Of a DNA stretch of 64,000 nt, positions 50,423-59,472 are shown in pieces; the stretch's first letter is position 1, and the number at the start of each line of letters is the position of its first letter. Origin of the DNA: Patescibacteria group bacterium (GTDB taxonomy: Bacteria > Patescibacteriota > Patescibacteriia > SG8-24); assembly GCA_028714475.1 (NCBI GenBank), contig JAQTNC010000001.1, forward strand, positions 86,678 to 150,677. Direction: 5' to 3'. The notes below the pieces were generated by a model. The model saw only the letters and a list, made by a program, of their open reading frames with translations. It was not told the DNA's origin and did not search any database. A program made the position numbers and the translations under genes.

Positions 50423-51109
50423 ATGTCCGACAAAAGAAATGGCTTGTTCGTTGTCATCGATGGTCCGGACGGAACGGGCAAACACACCCAGGTCGTCAAA
50501 CTCGAAGTGCGCATGCATGCCGAAAATCTAGAGCCCATTGAACAGGCGAGCTTCCCGCGCTACGGCGAACGCAGCTGCGAGCTCGTAAAGATGTACCTGG
50601 GCAACGAATTCGGCCCAGCTGCGAGTCTGGATCCGCGCATCGCTTCCGTTTTTTTTGCGGTCGATCGTTTTGCCGCCAGGCAAAAAATGGTCGAAGTCCT
50701 GTCGGCCGGAGGAATCATACTCTCTGACCGGTTTGTCTCGGCCAACGCCGGCCACCAGTGTTGCAAGATCGACGACCCTGACGCGCGCCGCGCCTTCCTG
50801 CGGTGGCTCGACGAATTCGAATTCGGGCTCATGCAATTGCCACGCCCGGACATCACGCTCATTCTCACCCTGCCGCTCGATATCATCCAGCGCCGGCTCC
50901 AGGCGCGCGACGGCGATAAGCAGGACGGCCACCAGGCCGACCCGAACCACCTCGCCAGGGCACTCATTGCCTACGAGGAGATCGCCCAGCAGTCTGGCTA
51001 TCGCCGCATCGATTGCGCGCCGGGCGGCCGCGAGCTGTCCGAGCAGGAGGTCCATGAACTCATCTGGCGCGAGGTCGAGCCTTTGTACCGCGCCCATCGC
51101 CCAACCTGA
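50423..51109 (+). CDS. tmk: thymidylate kinase (copy 2, paralogue)
   Basis: FVVIDGPDGTGKHTQ P-loop, DRF motif; co-linear with copy 1. Confidence 0.88.
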   Translation: MSDKRNGLFVVIDGPDGTGKHTQVVKLEVRMHAENLEPIEQASFPRYGERSCELVKMYLGNEFGPAASLDPRIASVFFAVDRFAARQKMVEVLSAGGIILSDRFVSANAGHQCCKIDDPDARRAFLRWLDEFEFGLMQLPRPDITLILTLPLDIIQRRLQARDGDKQDGHQADPNHLARALIAYEEIAQQSGYRRIDCAPGGRELSEQEVHELIWREVEPLYRAHRPT

Positions 51110-51210
51110 CCGTCAAGGTCACCAATCCGTCCGTTTGTGCCGAACCGCGGCGCGAACGGACGGCTTTTGTTGACGGACCACCCGGTCTGCTATACTTGAA
51201 CCAGAATCCT

Positions 51211-52074
51211 ATGCTCCCAAACCAACTCATCGGCCCGACGCAAATCATCCTCGGCGCCTGGAAAAACCTCTTGCGTCACAGCCGCCTCTATGCTGAATTT
51301 GTGGCCTGGATCACCGCCATCACCCTCATGCTGTGGGGTGTCGGCGCGCTGTCCCGTTCCCTTATCGCTGACCAGACGGCCGCCAGCGCCGTCTTCCTGA
51401 TTGCGCAGCTGCCGGCTTCCTTGGTCATCATGGCCCTCACGGCCGCCATCATTGACGCGACCGCCAAGACCCTGCAAAAACGCCGCCCGGCCTTCCTGGA
51501 GTCGCTGAACGTCGGCATTCATCGCCTCATCTCCCTCGTCTGGGTCTCCTTCCTGACGTCAGCCGTCGTCGTCATCGGACCGCTCATGGCCGTCGCGGTG
51601 TTCCTCGCCGTCCTGCGCTGGTCGCCAAGCGGCTGGGCCGCCTTCATCGGCTACGGCCTCCTCCTGCCGCTCGCCGCCGCCCTTCTCGCCGCGCCGCCGC
51701 TCGCCTATCTCATCCGCTTCGCCTTCGCTCCGGAATTCCTCGTCATGGACGGCGTCCGCGGCCGACAGGCCCTCGCCCAAAGCCGCCAGCTCGTGGCTGG
51801 CCGCTGGTGGCGCGTTTTCCTGCGCCTGGCCGTCCCGGCGCTTTTCTTCCTGCTCGCCAGCCGCCTCGCGGTGGCCGTCACCTACCTCGTCATCGGCTCC
51901 GTCCTCGGCGACCCCGGCCTTTTCTTCGGCCCGGCCGACCTGACCGCCCTCCCCGCCTTCCATGTGCTCATCATCACCGTCGTGCCCAGCGTCATCTATG
52001 GCTTCTCCGCGCCGCTTTACGTGGCCGCCAACCTCCTGCTCTGGTTCGACCTGAAAAGCACGCCCGCATCCTGA
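51211..52074 (+). CDS. hypothetical polytopic membrane protein
   Basis: ATG 51211 (ORF starts at TTG 51196); ~7 TM. Confidence 0.5.
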   Translation: MLPNQLIGPTQIILGAWKNLLRHSRLYAEFVAWITAITLMLWGVGALSRSLIADQTAASAVFLIAQLPASLVIMALTAAIIDATAKTLQKRRPAFLESLNVGIHRLISLVWVSFLTSAVVVIGPLMAVAVFLAVLRWSPSGWAAFIGYGLLLPLAAALLAAPPLAYLIRFAFAPEFLVMDGVRGRQALAQSRQLVAGRWWRVFLRLAVPALFFLLASRLAVAVTYLVIGSVLGDPGLFFGPADLTALPAFHVLIITVVPSVIYGFSAPLYVAANLLLWFDLKSTPAS

Positions 52075-52088
52075 CCGGAAAAGCGCCC

Positions 52089-52116
52089 GCTGGGGCGCTT
52101 TTTGAGATTTGCCGGA
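52089..52116 (+). terminator. rho-independent terminator
   Basis: agcgccc-gctg-gggcgct followed by TTTTGAG. Confidence 0.7.
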
Positions 52117-52190
52117 GTTCGCATATCCGATTAGAATAAACACGCGAACCGCCGGCCTCCGGCTGGCCTAAACCTAGCTGACCACGGCTT

Positions 52191-53708
52191 ATGAAACTCG
52201 AACCGGTCATCGGCCTCGAAATCCACGTCCAACTCAAGACCAAGTCCAAGATGTTCTGCGGCTGTTCGAACCGCGGCGAATACGAGCCGCCGAACACCAC
52301 CGTCTGCCCCATCTGTCTCGGCCAACCCGGCGCCCTGCCGGCGGTCAACAAGCAGGCCGTGGAATTCGGCTTGCTCGTCGGCCACGCCCTCGCCTGCCGC
52401 CCGGCCTCCATCTCGCGCTTCGACCGCAAGAACTACTTCTACCCCGACTTGCCCAAGGGCTACCAGATTTCCCAGAAGGACTTGCCGGTGGCCGAAAACG
52501 GCACGCTCTCCTTCGAGGTGCCGGAAGAAGGCGGCCGACGGTCAGTGACCATCCGCATCAACCGCGCACATCTCGAGGAGGATGCCGCCAAGCTCCTGCA
52601 CTCGCCGGACGGGATGAGCTCTTTCGTGGACTTCAACCGCGGCGGCACGCCGCTCATCGAGATCGTCACCGAGCCGGATCTCCGCACGCCTGCCGAAGCC
52701 AAGGCCTTCCTGCAGGAACTGCGGCTCATCATGCGCTACCTCGGCGTGTCTGACGCGGACATGGAGAAGGGTCATCTCCGTTGCGACGCCAACATCTCCA
52801 TGCGCGAGGTGGACGAGGACGGGACCCTTGGCCCGCTCAACCCCAAGACCGAGGTCAAGAACATCAATTCCTTCCGTGCGGTGGAGCACGCCCTCGAGTA
52901 CGAGATCAAGCGCCAGACCAAGCTCTGGATCGACGGCAAGCCGATCAAGGAGCAGTCCACGCGCGGCTGGGACGACGCAAAAAAAATCTCCGTCGCCCAG
53001 CGCACCAAGGAGGAGGCGCATGACTATCGGTATTTCCCGGAGCCGGACCTGCCGCCGCTCGATCTCACCCTGCTGGGCCAGGAAGTGCGCGGTCGCGTGC
53101 CGGAACTGCCCGCCAACCGACGCCGCCGTTTCGCCGAGGAATACGGTTTTACCGAGGCCGAAGCGCGCGTCTTCTGCGATGACCAGGAGCTCGCCGATTA
53201 TGCCGAACGGGTCATGTCGGAACTTCAGGAATGGGCCGCGTCGCTCGAAACGAAGATTGATTGGGAAGCGAACCGCCGCGACTTTGCGCGCCTGGTCGCC
53301 GGCTGGCTGCTCACCAAGCTCACTGGCCTCATGACGGAAAAGAAGATCGCGCTCGCCGAGCTGAAAATCACCCCGGAGAATTTCGCGGAGCTGCTCGCCA
53401 TGCTGCACGGGAAGAAGGTCACCGGCACCAACGCGCTGGTCATCCTGGGAGAAATGATTGACACCGGGGCTGACCCGTCCATCATCGCTGACGAGAAGAG
53501 CCTGCTCCTGTCCGATGACACCGAAGAGCTGGCGTCCATCGCCGGCAATATCGTCGTTGCTAATCCGGCGGCCGTTGAGGACTACCGCAAGGGCAAGACC
53601 AATTCCGTGCAATTCCTCGTCGGCCAAATGATGAAAGCCACCCGTGGCAAAGCTGACCCGCAGACGGCCCGAGAACTGATCGAGACGGAGCTGAAGAAGT
53701 TGGGGTAA
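52191..53708 (+). CDS. gatB: aspartyl/glutamyl-tRNA amidotransferase subunit B
   Basis: N-terminus MKLEPVIGLEIHVQL and full-length GatB. Confidence 0.93.
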   Translation: MKLEPVIGLEIHVQLKTKSKMFCGCSNRGEYEPPNTTVCPICLGQPGALPAVNKQAVEFGLLVGHALACRPASISRFDRKNYFYPDLPKGYQISQKDLPVAENGTLSFEVPEEGGRRSVTIRINRAHLEEDAAKLLHSPDGMSSFVDFNRGGTPLIEIVTEPDLRTPAEAKAFLQELRLIMRYLGVSDADMEKGHLRCDANISMREVDEDGTLGPLNPKTEVKNINSFRAVEHALEYEIKRQTKLWIDGKPIKEQSTRGWDDAKKISVAQRTKEEAHDYRYFPEPDLPPLDLTLLGQEVRGRVPELPANRRRRFAEEYGFTEAEARVFCDDQELADYAERVMSELQEWAASLETKIDWEANRRDFARLVAGWLLTKLTGLMTEKKIALAELKITPENFAELLAMLHGKKVTGTNALVILGEMIDTGADPSIIADEKSLLLSDDTEELASIAGNIVVANPAAVEDYRKGKTNSVQFLVGQMMKATRGKADPQTARELIETELKKLG

Positions 53709-53738
53709 GCTATCAGACCAACCCTGCCAAATGCCATC

Positions 53739-53766
53739 CCCCGCAGTACTGCGGGGGATGGTCATC
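53739..53766. repeat. family 3 perfect palindrome (ccatcccccgcagtactgcgggggatgg)
   Basis: core cccgcagtactgcggg shared with 24141-24168 and 59307-59334. Confidence 0.75.
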
Positions 53767-53830
53767 AATAGTATGTGGAATATATTTGAAAAGCCTCCCG
53801 CCAAAGCGGGAAGCTTTCGTGTCCGCGGGT

Positions 53831-53998
53831 TATTGCTTCGGCAAAATCTTGAACATGCCGGTGCCGCAAGTGGTGCAGGTGCCCTTCATCGCCGGGCGGG
53901 TGCCACCTCCCTTGGCAGGCATCTCAATCTGATGGGCGTCCTTCATCTCGCGCTTGTCCTTGCATTTGACGCAATATCCGATAACCTGGTCGGCCATA
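53831..53998 (-). CDS. 55-aa zinc-ribbon mini-protein (DUF5679-like), not in the ORF track
   Basis: own translation of the minus strand: MADQVIGYCVKCKDKREMKDAHQIEMPAKGGGTRPAMKGTCTTCGTGMFKILPKQ; CxxC...CxxC; terminator-like hairpin downstream. Confidence 0.5.
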
Positions 53999-54127
53999 TA
54001 TTAAAAGTTAGTCTATGCTAACTCTGTTAAGACTTACTAAGGCTATTGTAACAATTTTGCCCAATTATCGCCACTTTTAGGTCAAAGGCAGCCAAAAATA
54101 CTATATTTTAGCAAAAAATTCTGATAT

Positions 54128-55108
54128 TCACCGGCTACTTTTGCCCCTGTTTTCGCGTCTGTTCTTGAGCCAAGCACCAGCGAGCCGAAAGGCCGTTTTC
54201 GGCGATGCAACCCAACGAATCGCGGCGTCTCTTTTGAACCAGGCCTGCTGTCGCTTGGCAAAACGGCGCGTGTCGCGCTTGATTCTGCGCACCGCTTCCT
54301 CAAGGGTCGTCTCGCCACGCAGGTATCCGCCCAACTGACGATGACCGAGGCTCGTGAGCACCGGCGCGTCCCAGCCGTAACGGCGACCGAGACGCTGCGC
54401 CTCCTTGAGGAGCCCGTCTTTCATCATGCGGTCAACGCGCTGGTCTATCCGCCGATACATTTCCTCGCGTGGCCGACTGACGCCGATCTTCAGTACGTCG
54501 AAAAGGGGTTCTCCTTTTTGTTGAAGGTCGGTCATGGTGCGTCCGGTCGCCCGCATGACCTCTAGCGCACGAATGATGTAACGAGGATTCCGCCCGGCTC
54601 GCGCCGCATAGGCAGAGTCTTTCGCAACTAATTCTGCCCCGAGCTTGTCGAGGGGCAGTTTGGCACATGCTGCTCGGAACTTCATGTCCGGTGGAGCTTC
54701 CGGCATCTGAAAATTATCCGCTACGGCGCTCACATACAATCCGGTGCCGCCGCAAAGAATTGGCAGACGGCCGCGCTTGATGATTTCCCGCGCTTTCCTG
54801 ACCGCCAACGTCTTGAACTCCGCGAGCGTGATTGGCTTGGCTGGCGACCGGAAAGCAATGAGATGGTGTGGCACGCCTTGCGCGATATACACGCGCCGTG
54901 CGCCGCGCTTTACCCACTTACCAGGAATGATGTCCGCGCCGATATCCAAACCACGATAAAACTGCCGCGAGTCCGCGGAAATGATTTCGCCGTTGAATTT
55001 CCTGGCGAGCGCAATCGCCAAGTCCGTCTTCCCCGCCGCCGTCGGACCGAGAATAACAAGTAGCGGCGGGGTGCGGCACGAAGACTTGGAGTGCCGCACG
55101 GGCGGCAT
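54128..55108 (-). CDS. miaA: tRNA dimethylallyltransferase
   Basis: GPTAAGKT P-loop and MiaA core; start at internal ATG 55108. Confidence 0.88.
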   Translation of the reverse strand: MPPVRHSKSSCRTPPLLVILGPTAAGKTDLAIALARKFNGEIISADSRQFYRGLDIGADIIPGKWVKRGARRVYIAQGVPHHLIAFRSPAKPITLAEFKTLAVRKAREIIKRGRLPILCGGTGLYVSAVADNFQMPEAPPDMKFRAACAKLPLDKLGAELVAKDSAYAARAGRNPRYIIRALEVMRATGRTMTDLQQKGEPLFDVLKIGVSRPREEMYRRIDQRVDRMMKDGLLKEAQRLGRRYGWDAPVLTSLGHRQLGGYLRGETTLEEAVRRIKRDTRRFAKRQQAWFKRDAAIRWVASPKTAFRLAGAWLKNRRENRGKSSR

Positions 55109-55378
55109 GGGCCGCCCCGGGTTTGGCGAGCAATTTCCGATTATATGCGAGCTGAACTGTCCCCGCACCACCTTGGACGAAAGTCGATATTTCAGCCGTA
55201 AGCTACAAGCCATAAGCCTCAAGGGAGCGTCGCAGGGAATGGTTTCCTGCGACTTAATGATAGCCCTTCAGGGAAAGCCTAACCGACCGGAGCCTCAAAT
55301 ACAAATCGAGGCCCGCGCGAAGCGCAGGCCTCTCAATCTCAAGGGCTAAAGTCAGAGTTCAAAGGGCAAGGTCGAGTG

Positions 55379-55987
55379 TCACGGGACACTCGCGGGAACC
55401 GCAGCGGGCATCGCCGCACCCCACCTGTTGTCGAGCTCATCGTAGCCCCAGCACCAACTCTCGCTGTCCCAGAACAGGTAGCGGACGCGCAGGTCGCCGA
55501 GGCTACTGCGGTAAATGGTACCCCAGAAGAAGTAGAAAACGTACCTCCTCTTCCAAGATGCCGGGATTTCTTCCGGGTGTGCCAACAGCCAGTCGAGCAG
55601 GTTGGCGTTGTAGGGCTTCTTGCAGGCCACGATAACATGTAGATCGTGACCGACGATGGTGCCGCTGCCCTGGGCATCCGAGAGGAAGATCTCCGCCCTC
55701 TCTGGTTTCCAATCGAGTTGGCCGTTCCCGTGATGTCCGATGACCGTCCAGCCCTTTGGGCAGAACGGCGCGGCGTCGAGGTCGACGGTGTGCGACTTGG
55801 AGGCCGGCGGCTTGAGCGGCCGCAATCCAAGCTCTCGCCGGATGCGGCCACGGTTCGCTTGCGCGATATTGCCATCGCGCAGGTCAGCGAGCAGGCCGGA
55901 GGCCAATATCGCTTGGACTTGCTCGAGTGGCGTTTCCAAGAAGAGGGTGAGGATGGCGGTCGCTTGGGGTAGGGTTGCCTTGTTCAT
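55379..55987 (-). CDS. hypothetical protein
   Basis: GAAAGGAA SD 6 nt upstream of ATG; no recognisable family. Confidence 0.5.
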   Translation of the reverse strand: MNKATLPQATAILTLFLETPLEQVQAILASGLLADLRDGNIAQANRGRIRRELGLRPLKPPASKSHTVDLDAAPFCPKGWTVIGHHGNGQLDWKPERAEIFLSDAQGSGTIVGHDLHVIVACKKPYNANLLDWLLAHPEEIPASWKRRYVFYFFWGTIYRSSLGDLRVRYLFWDSESWCWGYDELDNRWGAAMPAAVPASVP

Positions 55988-56339
55988 GGCAATTCCTTTC
56001 GTCGTCGTTCCGGCTTCGCCTTGGGCCGCACCGTGCGGCTTTTTGGTTGGCCAATTGAAAAGAACGACCTAAACGCTGCTGGAGCGTTGCGGATACCCTA
56101 GCACACTCCGAAAAAATGTCAACCGGTACAAACCGTACCATCGGCGGCGGAACCCCTTCGCCCCGGCTCCCGGGCCGGGGCGGCGGTTTGGTAATACATT
56201 ACGGTGAGCCGACTGCATTCCGCTCAGGGGATATAATAATTCCTTGCGGAAGACTCGCCGTCATTTCGCGAGGCCAGCCCTGCACCGTAATGGTACAGGG
56301 CTCCCGCAGGCCCAGCGCGTGCTTTTATTAGGTTAGTGG

Positions 56340-56480
56340 AAGGTGCTTCCGAGGCGACCGCCGGGCGGAGCCGGTTCCGGAGACAATCGCTCGCGCAATT
56401 ACGCATCCAGCGCGAGCGCTGTCGACGGAAGCGGCTCCGCCCGGCGGGAGCGGCTTTCTCTGGATTTCGTTTTTTCTCGT
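56340..56480 (+). ncRNA. candidate structured RNA within a 600-bp noncoding region: ~110-nt extended hairpin followed by a T-rich tract
   Basis: ccgccgggcggagccggttccgg pairs with ccggaagcggctccgcccggcgg; inner tcgctcgcgc/gcgcgagcg; followed by atttcgttttttctcg. Confidence 0.25.
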
Positions 56481-56585
56481 GAGTCGTTCGCCGACTCGCG
56501 GCACACCCTGCGGCAGGCAGAGGCCTGGATCCCCGCTTTCGCGGGGATGGTAAGAATATAGGTGGTGTCAGGACAAGCCTGACCG

Positions 56586-57926
56586 CTACACCTTCTCCCC
56601 CTCCAGCATCCATGTCATCGACTTCGTCACTTTCATGAGCACGATCTGACCGGTTAGGTCCGCGTCCGAGCGGAACCGCGCCAGTTTCATCTCCCGTGTG
56701 TTGCCGACCCAGAAGCCCTGCCTGCCGGCAGGCACGGCGCGGTCCCGCCGCTCCACCAGCACCTCCACCACCCGGCCAAAATATGTCTGATTCTTGCGGA
56801 AAACCGTCTCTTCCATCAGGTCCTGCAAGGCGTTCCACCGCCGCTTCTTCTCCTCGCGCGGCACATCATCTTTATAGAACTGCGCGGCCTGCGTGCCGGA
56901 ACGCACGCTGTACATGGCGTTGTAGGAGATGTCGAAGTCAGCGGCGCGATACAGGCGCAGGGTGTCCTCGAACTGTTCCGCCGTCTCGCCACAGAACCCG
57001 ACGATGATGTCCGTGCCAAGCGCGATGCCTGGCCGACGCTCGTTCACGCGCCGGATGATGTCGAGATATTGTGCGGAGGTGTATCGCCGATTCATGCGCT
57101 TCAGCACCTCGTCGTTGCCCCCCTGCACCGGCAAATGCAGGTAATTCACCTGGTGCGGCAAAGCGAGCGCGTCAATCACCTCTTCCGTCATGTGCGTCGG
57201 GTAGGAAGCAGTGTAGTGAATGCGGCGCAGGCCGGACAAACGATCAATCTCCCAAAGCAACGCGGCAAAATGATCCTTGTACGGATTGGCGGCGGAGAAC
57301 GACGACGGGTCAGGCGCGCAATACGCATTCACGGCCTGACCGAGCAGAGTAATTTCAACTACGCCGCGGCCAACCAATTCCGCTGCCTCGGAAAGAATAT
57401 CCGCCGCCGGCCGGTTCTTCTCCAAACCGCGCGCGTGCGGCACGACGCAATAGGTGCAGAACTTGTTGCAGCCGGTCTGGATCGGCACGAACGCCTGGAA
57501 CGCGCTCGTGTGCCGCGGACGGATCTTCAGGTAATCGTCGGTCATCTCGCCGCACGTCGCGAAGTCCGGCCGCAGTTCCGCGAGCCAACGCGGCAGCTGG
57601 GTCATGTCGTGAATCGGGAAATACAAATCCGCGCCCGGCATCTTAGCGCGAATCTTCCCGTCCTTGTCGCGTCCCGGCAGACAGCCGGTGACGCCGACGA
57701 TCAAATCGGGCTTGCTCTCCCTCAACCGACCGAACTCCTTCAGCTTGCCGAAAATCCGGTCCTCGGCCGCCTGCCGCACGGAGCAGGTGTTGAGCAGAAT
57801 CAAATCCGCCGCGGTTTCGTCCGCCGTCTCGACCAATCCCAATGAATCCAGAAGCGCGGCCAGGCGCTCGGAGTCGGATTTATTCATCTGGCAGCCGAAG
57901 GTGATGAGGTGATACTTCAAACCCAT
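56586..57926 (-). CDS. miaB: tRNA (i6A37) methylthiotransferase MiaB
   Basis: MTTase N-domain, radical SAM CxxxCxxC (GCNKFCTYC), C-terminal TRAM domain. Confidence 0.88.
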   Translation of the reverse strand: MGLKYHLITFGCQMNKSDSERLAALLDSLGLVETADETAADLILLNTCSVRQAAEDRIFGKLKEFGRLRESKPDLIVGVTGCLPGRDKDGKIRAKMPGADLYFPIHDMTQLPRWLAELRPDFATCGEMTDDYLKIRPRHTSAFQAFVPIQTGCNKFCTYCVVPHARGLEKNRPAADILSEAAELVGRGVVEITLLGQAVNAYCAPDPSSFSAANPYKDHFAALLWEIDRLSGLRRIHYTASYPTHMTEEVIDALALPHQVNYLHLPVQGGNDEVLKRMNRRYTSAQYLDIIRRVNERRPGIALGTDIIVGFCGETAEQFEDTLRLYRAADFDISYNAMYSVRSGTQAAQFYKDDVPREEKKRRWNALQDLMEETVFRKNQTYFGRVVEVLVERRDRAVPAGRQGFWVGNTREMKLARFRSDADLTGQIVLMKVTKSMTWMLEGEKV

Positions 57927-58018
57927 AACAGCGGAAGGTTAACCGTAAAAAGCCGATATGTCAACGCGAAAATCGTCGGTTAAGTTACGCAAAATCCTTC
58001 ACCTATTAGACAAAATCA

Positions 58019-58047
58019 TTGACAAATAAGCAAAAATATGCTAAGGT
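58019..58047 (+). promoter_or_regulatory. putative promoter (TTGACA-17-TAAGGT)
   Basis: seen in sequence in an AT-rich spacer upstream of the 58084 gene. Confidence 0.35.
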
Positions 58048-58083
58048 TTAATTATCCTAAACCATCAAATATTTTGAAACTAT

Positions 58084-59289
58084 ATGAGACACGAAGGCGC
58101 ACCAAGACTGCCGGATGAGGTCGTCGACCAGCCGGAAGACAAAGCCGTCGAAGACCGTCGTTCTGGCGAGTACGAAAAATTCGATACGGCTGGTATTTTT
58201 GATGCCCTTCCTAGCGAGGATGAGGCAAAAAAATTCGAGCAAACAGCGCCCGAAGCCGATCCGGAAATCACAATCGGCCGCGACGAACTGACAGAAGAAG
58301 AAATGGATGCCGTTCGGCAAGAAGCAAATGCCTCGCTGAAACCCGTGGAGTTGAAGGCGCCGGTGGGCAAAAGGGAGCCCGATGACGAAAATTTTCCCAT
58401 CCCCAAAGGTGCGGTAGGCAGGGTTGAGGGTTCAATGAAGCTGCCCGAAAATTTACCTATATCGATGTCAAAGAAGAGCGAGGCCCAGATGAGGAAAGAA
58501 ACGGCTGAGACCAGGGAGTATTTCCCCATCCCCAAAGGCGCCGAGGGCAAGGTTGAACTGAAGAGTCCGGTGGCTTCGCCGGAATCGCAGGCGGCTCATA
58601 GGGCGCGTCGGGCGGCAGAACTGGAAAGAGCACAGGCTCAAGTCGAAGCGGCCTTTTACGCGCAAGGCGACAAGATGACGGCGGGGACGGAACGCTCAAA
58701 GCGAGCGATGGCCGAAGCGAGTCAGCGCCTCGCCGAAGCCCGAAAGAACGCCGCTCCGGAAATCACCATCAAAGAAGCAACGGCCGCAGAAACGGGTGAA
58801 GCAAACCGAGCGGTGGACGAGGCGAATCAAGCGGCTGCCAACGAACAGCTTAGTGCCGAATCCAGCGCGGAAGAACAGGCTTTCTTCGAAACGGGCTCCA
58901 GAGGATATACGGAACGCGGCGAGGGCGGCATGACAGCCGGCCAAGTCGGCGAGTACGTTGACAAGGGGGCATCGCTGAAAAAAACCGGGGGTGTCGGGGA
59001 AAATGCCGCCTCGCGCGTCGCGTTCCTGACCAAACGGATTGAGGAGCTCAAAAAGGTGGAGGCCGAAACGGAGCCCGCTGCTCAAGCCCAAAAGATGAGA
59101 GGGTTTTTTGGCAGGCTCCTAAACCGCAAGGATGCCGGGGCCGCGCTCTCGCACAAGAAAGCGGTCGAGGCACTGGGCAACGCCCAAGCCGAACTCAATG
59201 AAATCAGGAACCGCCAGGCAAATCCAGAGGGGACGGCATATGCCGGCGCCATCCGCAGTGTAACCGCCGCGGCGAAGCGCGGTCGCTAA
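58084..59289 (+). CDS. hypothetical acidic Ala/Glu-rich low-complexity protein with internal FPIPKGA(V/E)G(R/K)VE repeat
   Basis: ORF followed by a strong terminator; no SD. Confidence 0.5.
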   Translation: MRHEGAPRLPDEVVDQPEDKAVEDRRSGEYEKFDTAGIFDALPSEDEAKKFEQTAPEADPEITIGRDELTEEEMDAVRQEANASLKPVELKAPVGKREPDDENFPIPKGAVGRVEGSMKLPENLPISMSKKSEAQMRKETAETREYFPIPKGAEGKVELKSPVASPESQAAHRARRAAELERAQAQVEAAFYAQGDKMTAGTERSKRAMAEASQRLAEARKNAAPEITIKEATAAETGEANRAVDEANQAAANEQLSAESSAEEQAFFETGSRGYTERGEGGMTAGQVGEYVDKGASLKKTGGVGENAASRVAFLTKRIEELKKVEAETEPAAQAQKMRGFFGRLLNRKDAGAALSHKKAVEALGNAQAELNEIRNRQANPEGTAYAGAIRSVTAAAKRGR

Positions 59290-59300
59290 ACAAGATTGAA

Positions 59301-59340
59301 AACCGCCCCCCGCAGTACTGCGGGGGGCGGTTTTGATTTG
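59301..59340 (+). terminator. rho-independent terminator built on the family 3 palindrome
   Basis: ccgccccccgcagtactgcggggggcgg followed by TTTTGATTTG. Confidence 0.8.
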
Positions 59341-59363
59341 AGCAGCACGCATACGCATGTTCT

Positions 59364-59393
59364 TCCCCGAGCGGAGCGCAGCGGAGTCGAGGG
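59364..59393. repeat. family 1 repeat, copy H (left arm, reverse orientation)
   Basis: cttccccgagcggagcgcagcggagtcgaggggc. Confidence 0.7.
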
Positions 59394-59472
59394 GCGGGCG
59401 GCAGGCCCTCCACAAGGTCGGGCCAGAACAAAAGCCGCCGATTTCGCCGGCGGCTTTCTCATTGTGCCGAGA

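Noticed and set aside
52542-53804. 420-aa minus-strand ORF
   Set aside because: Antisense to gatB.
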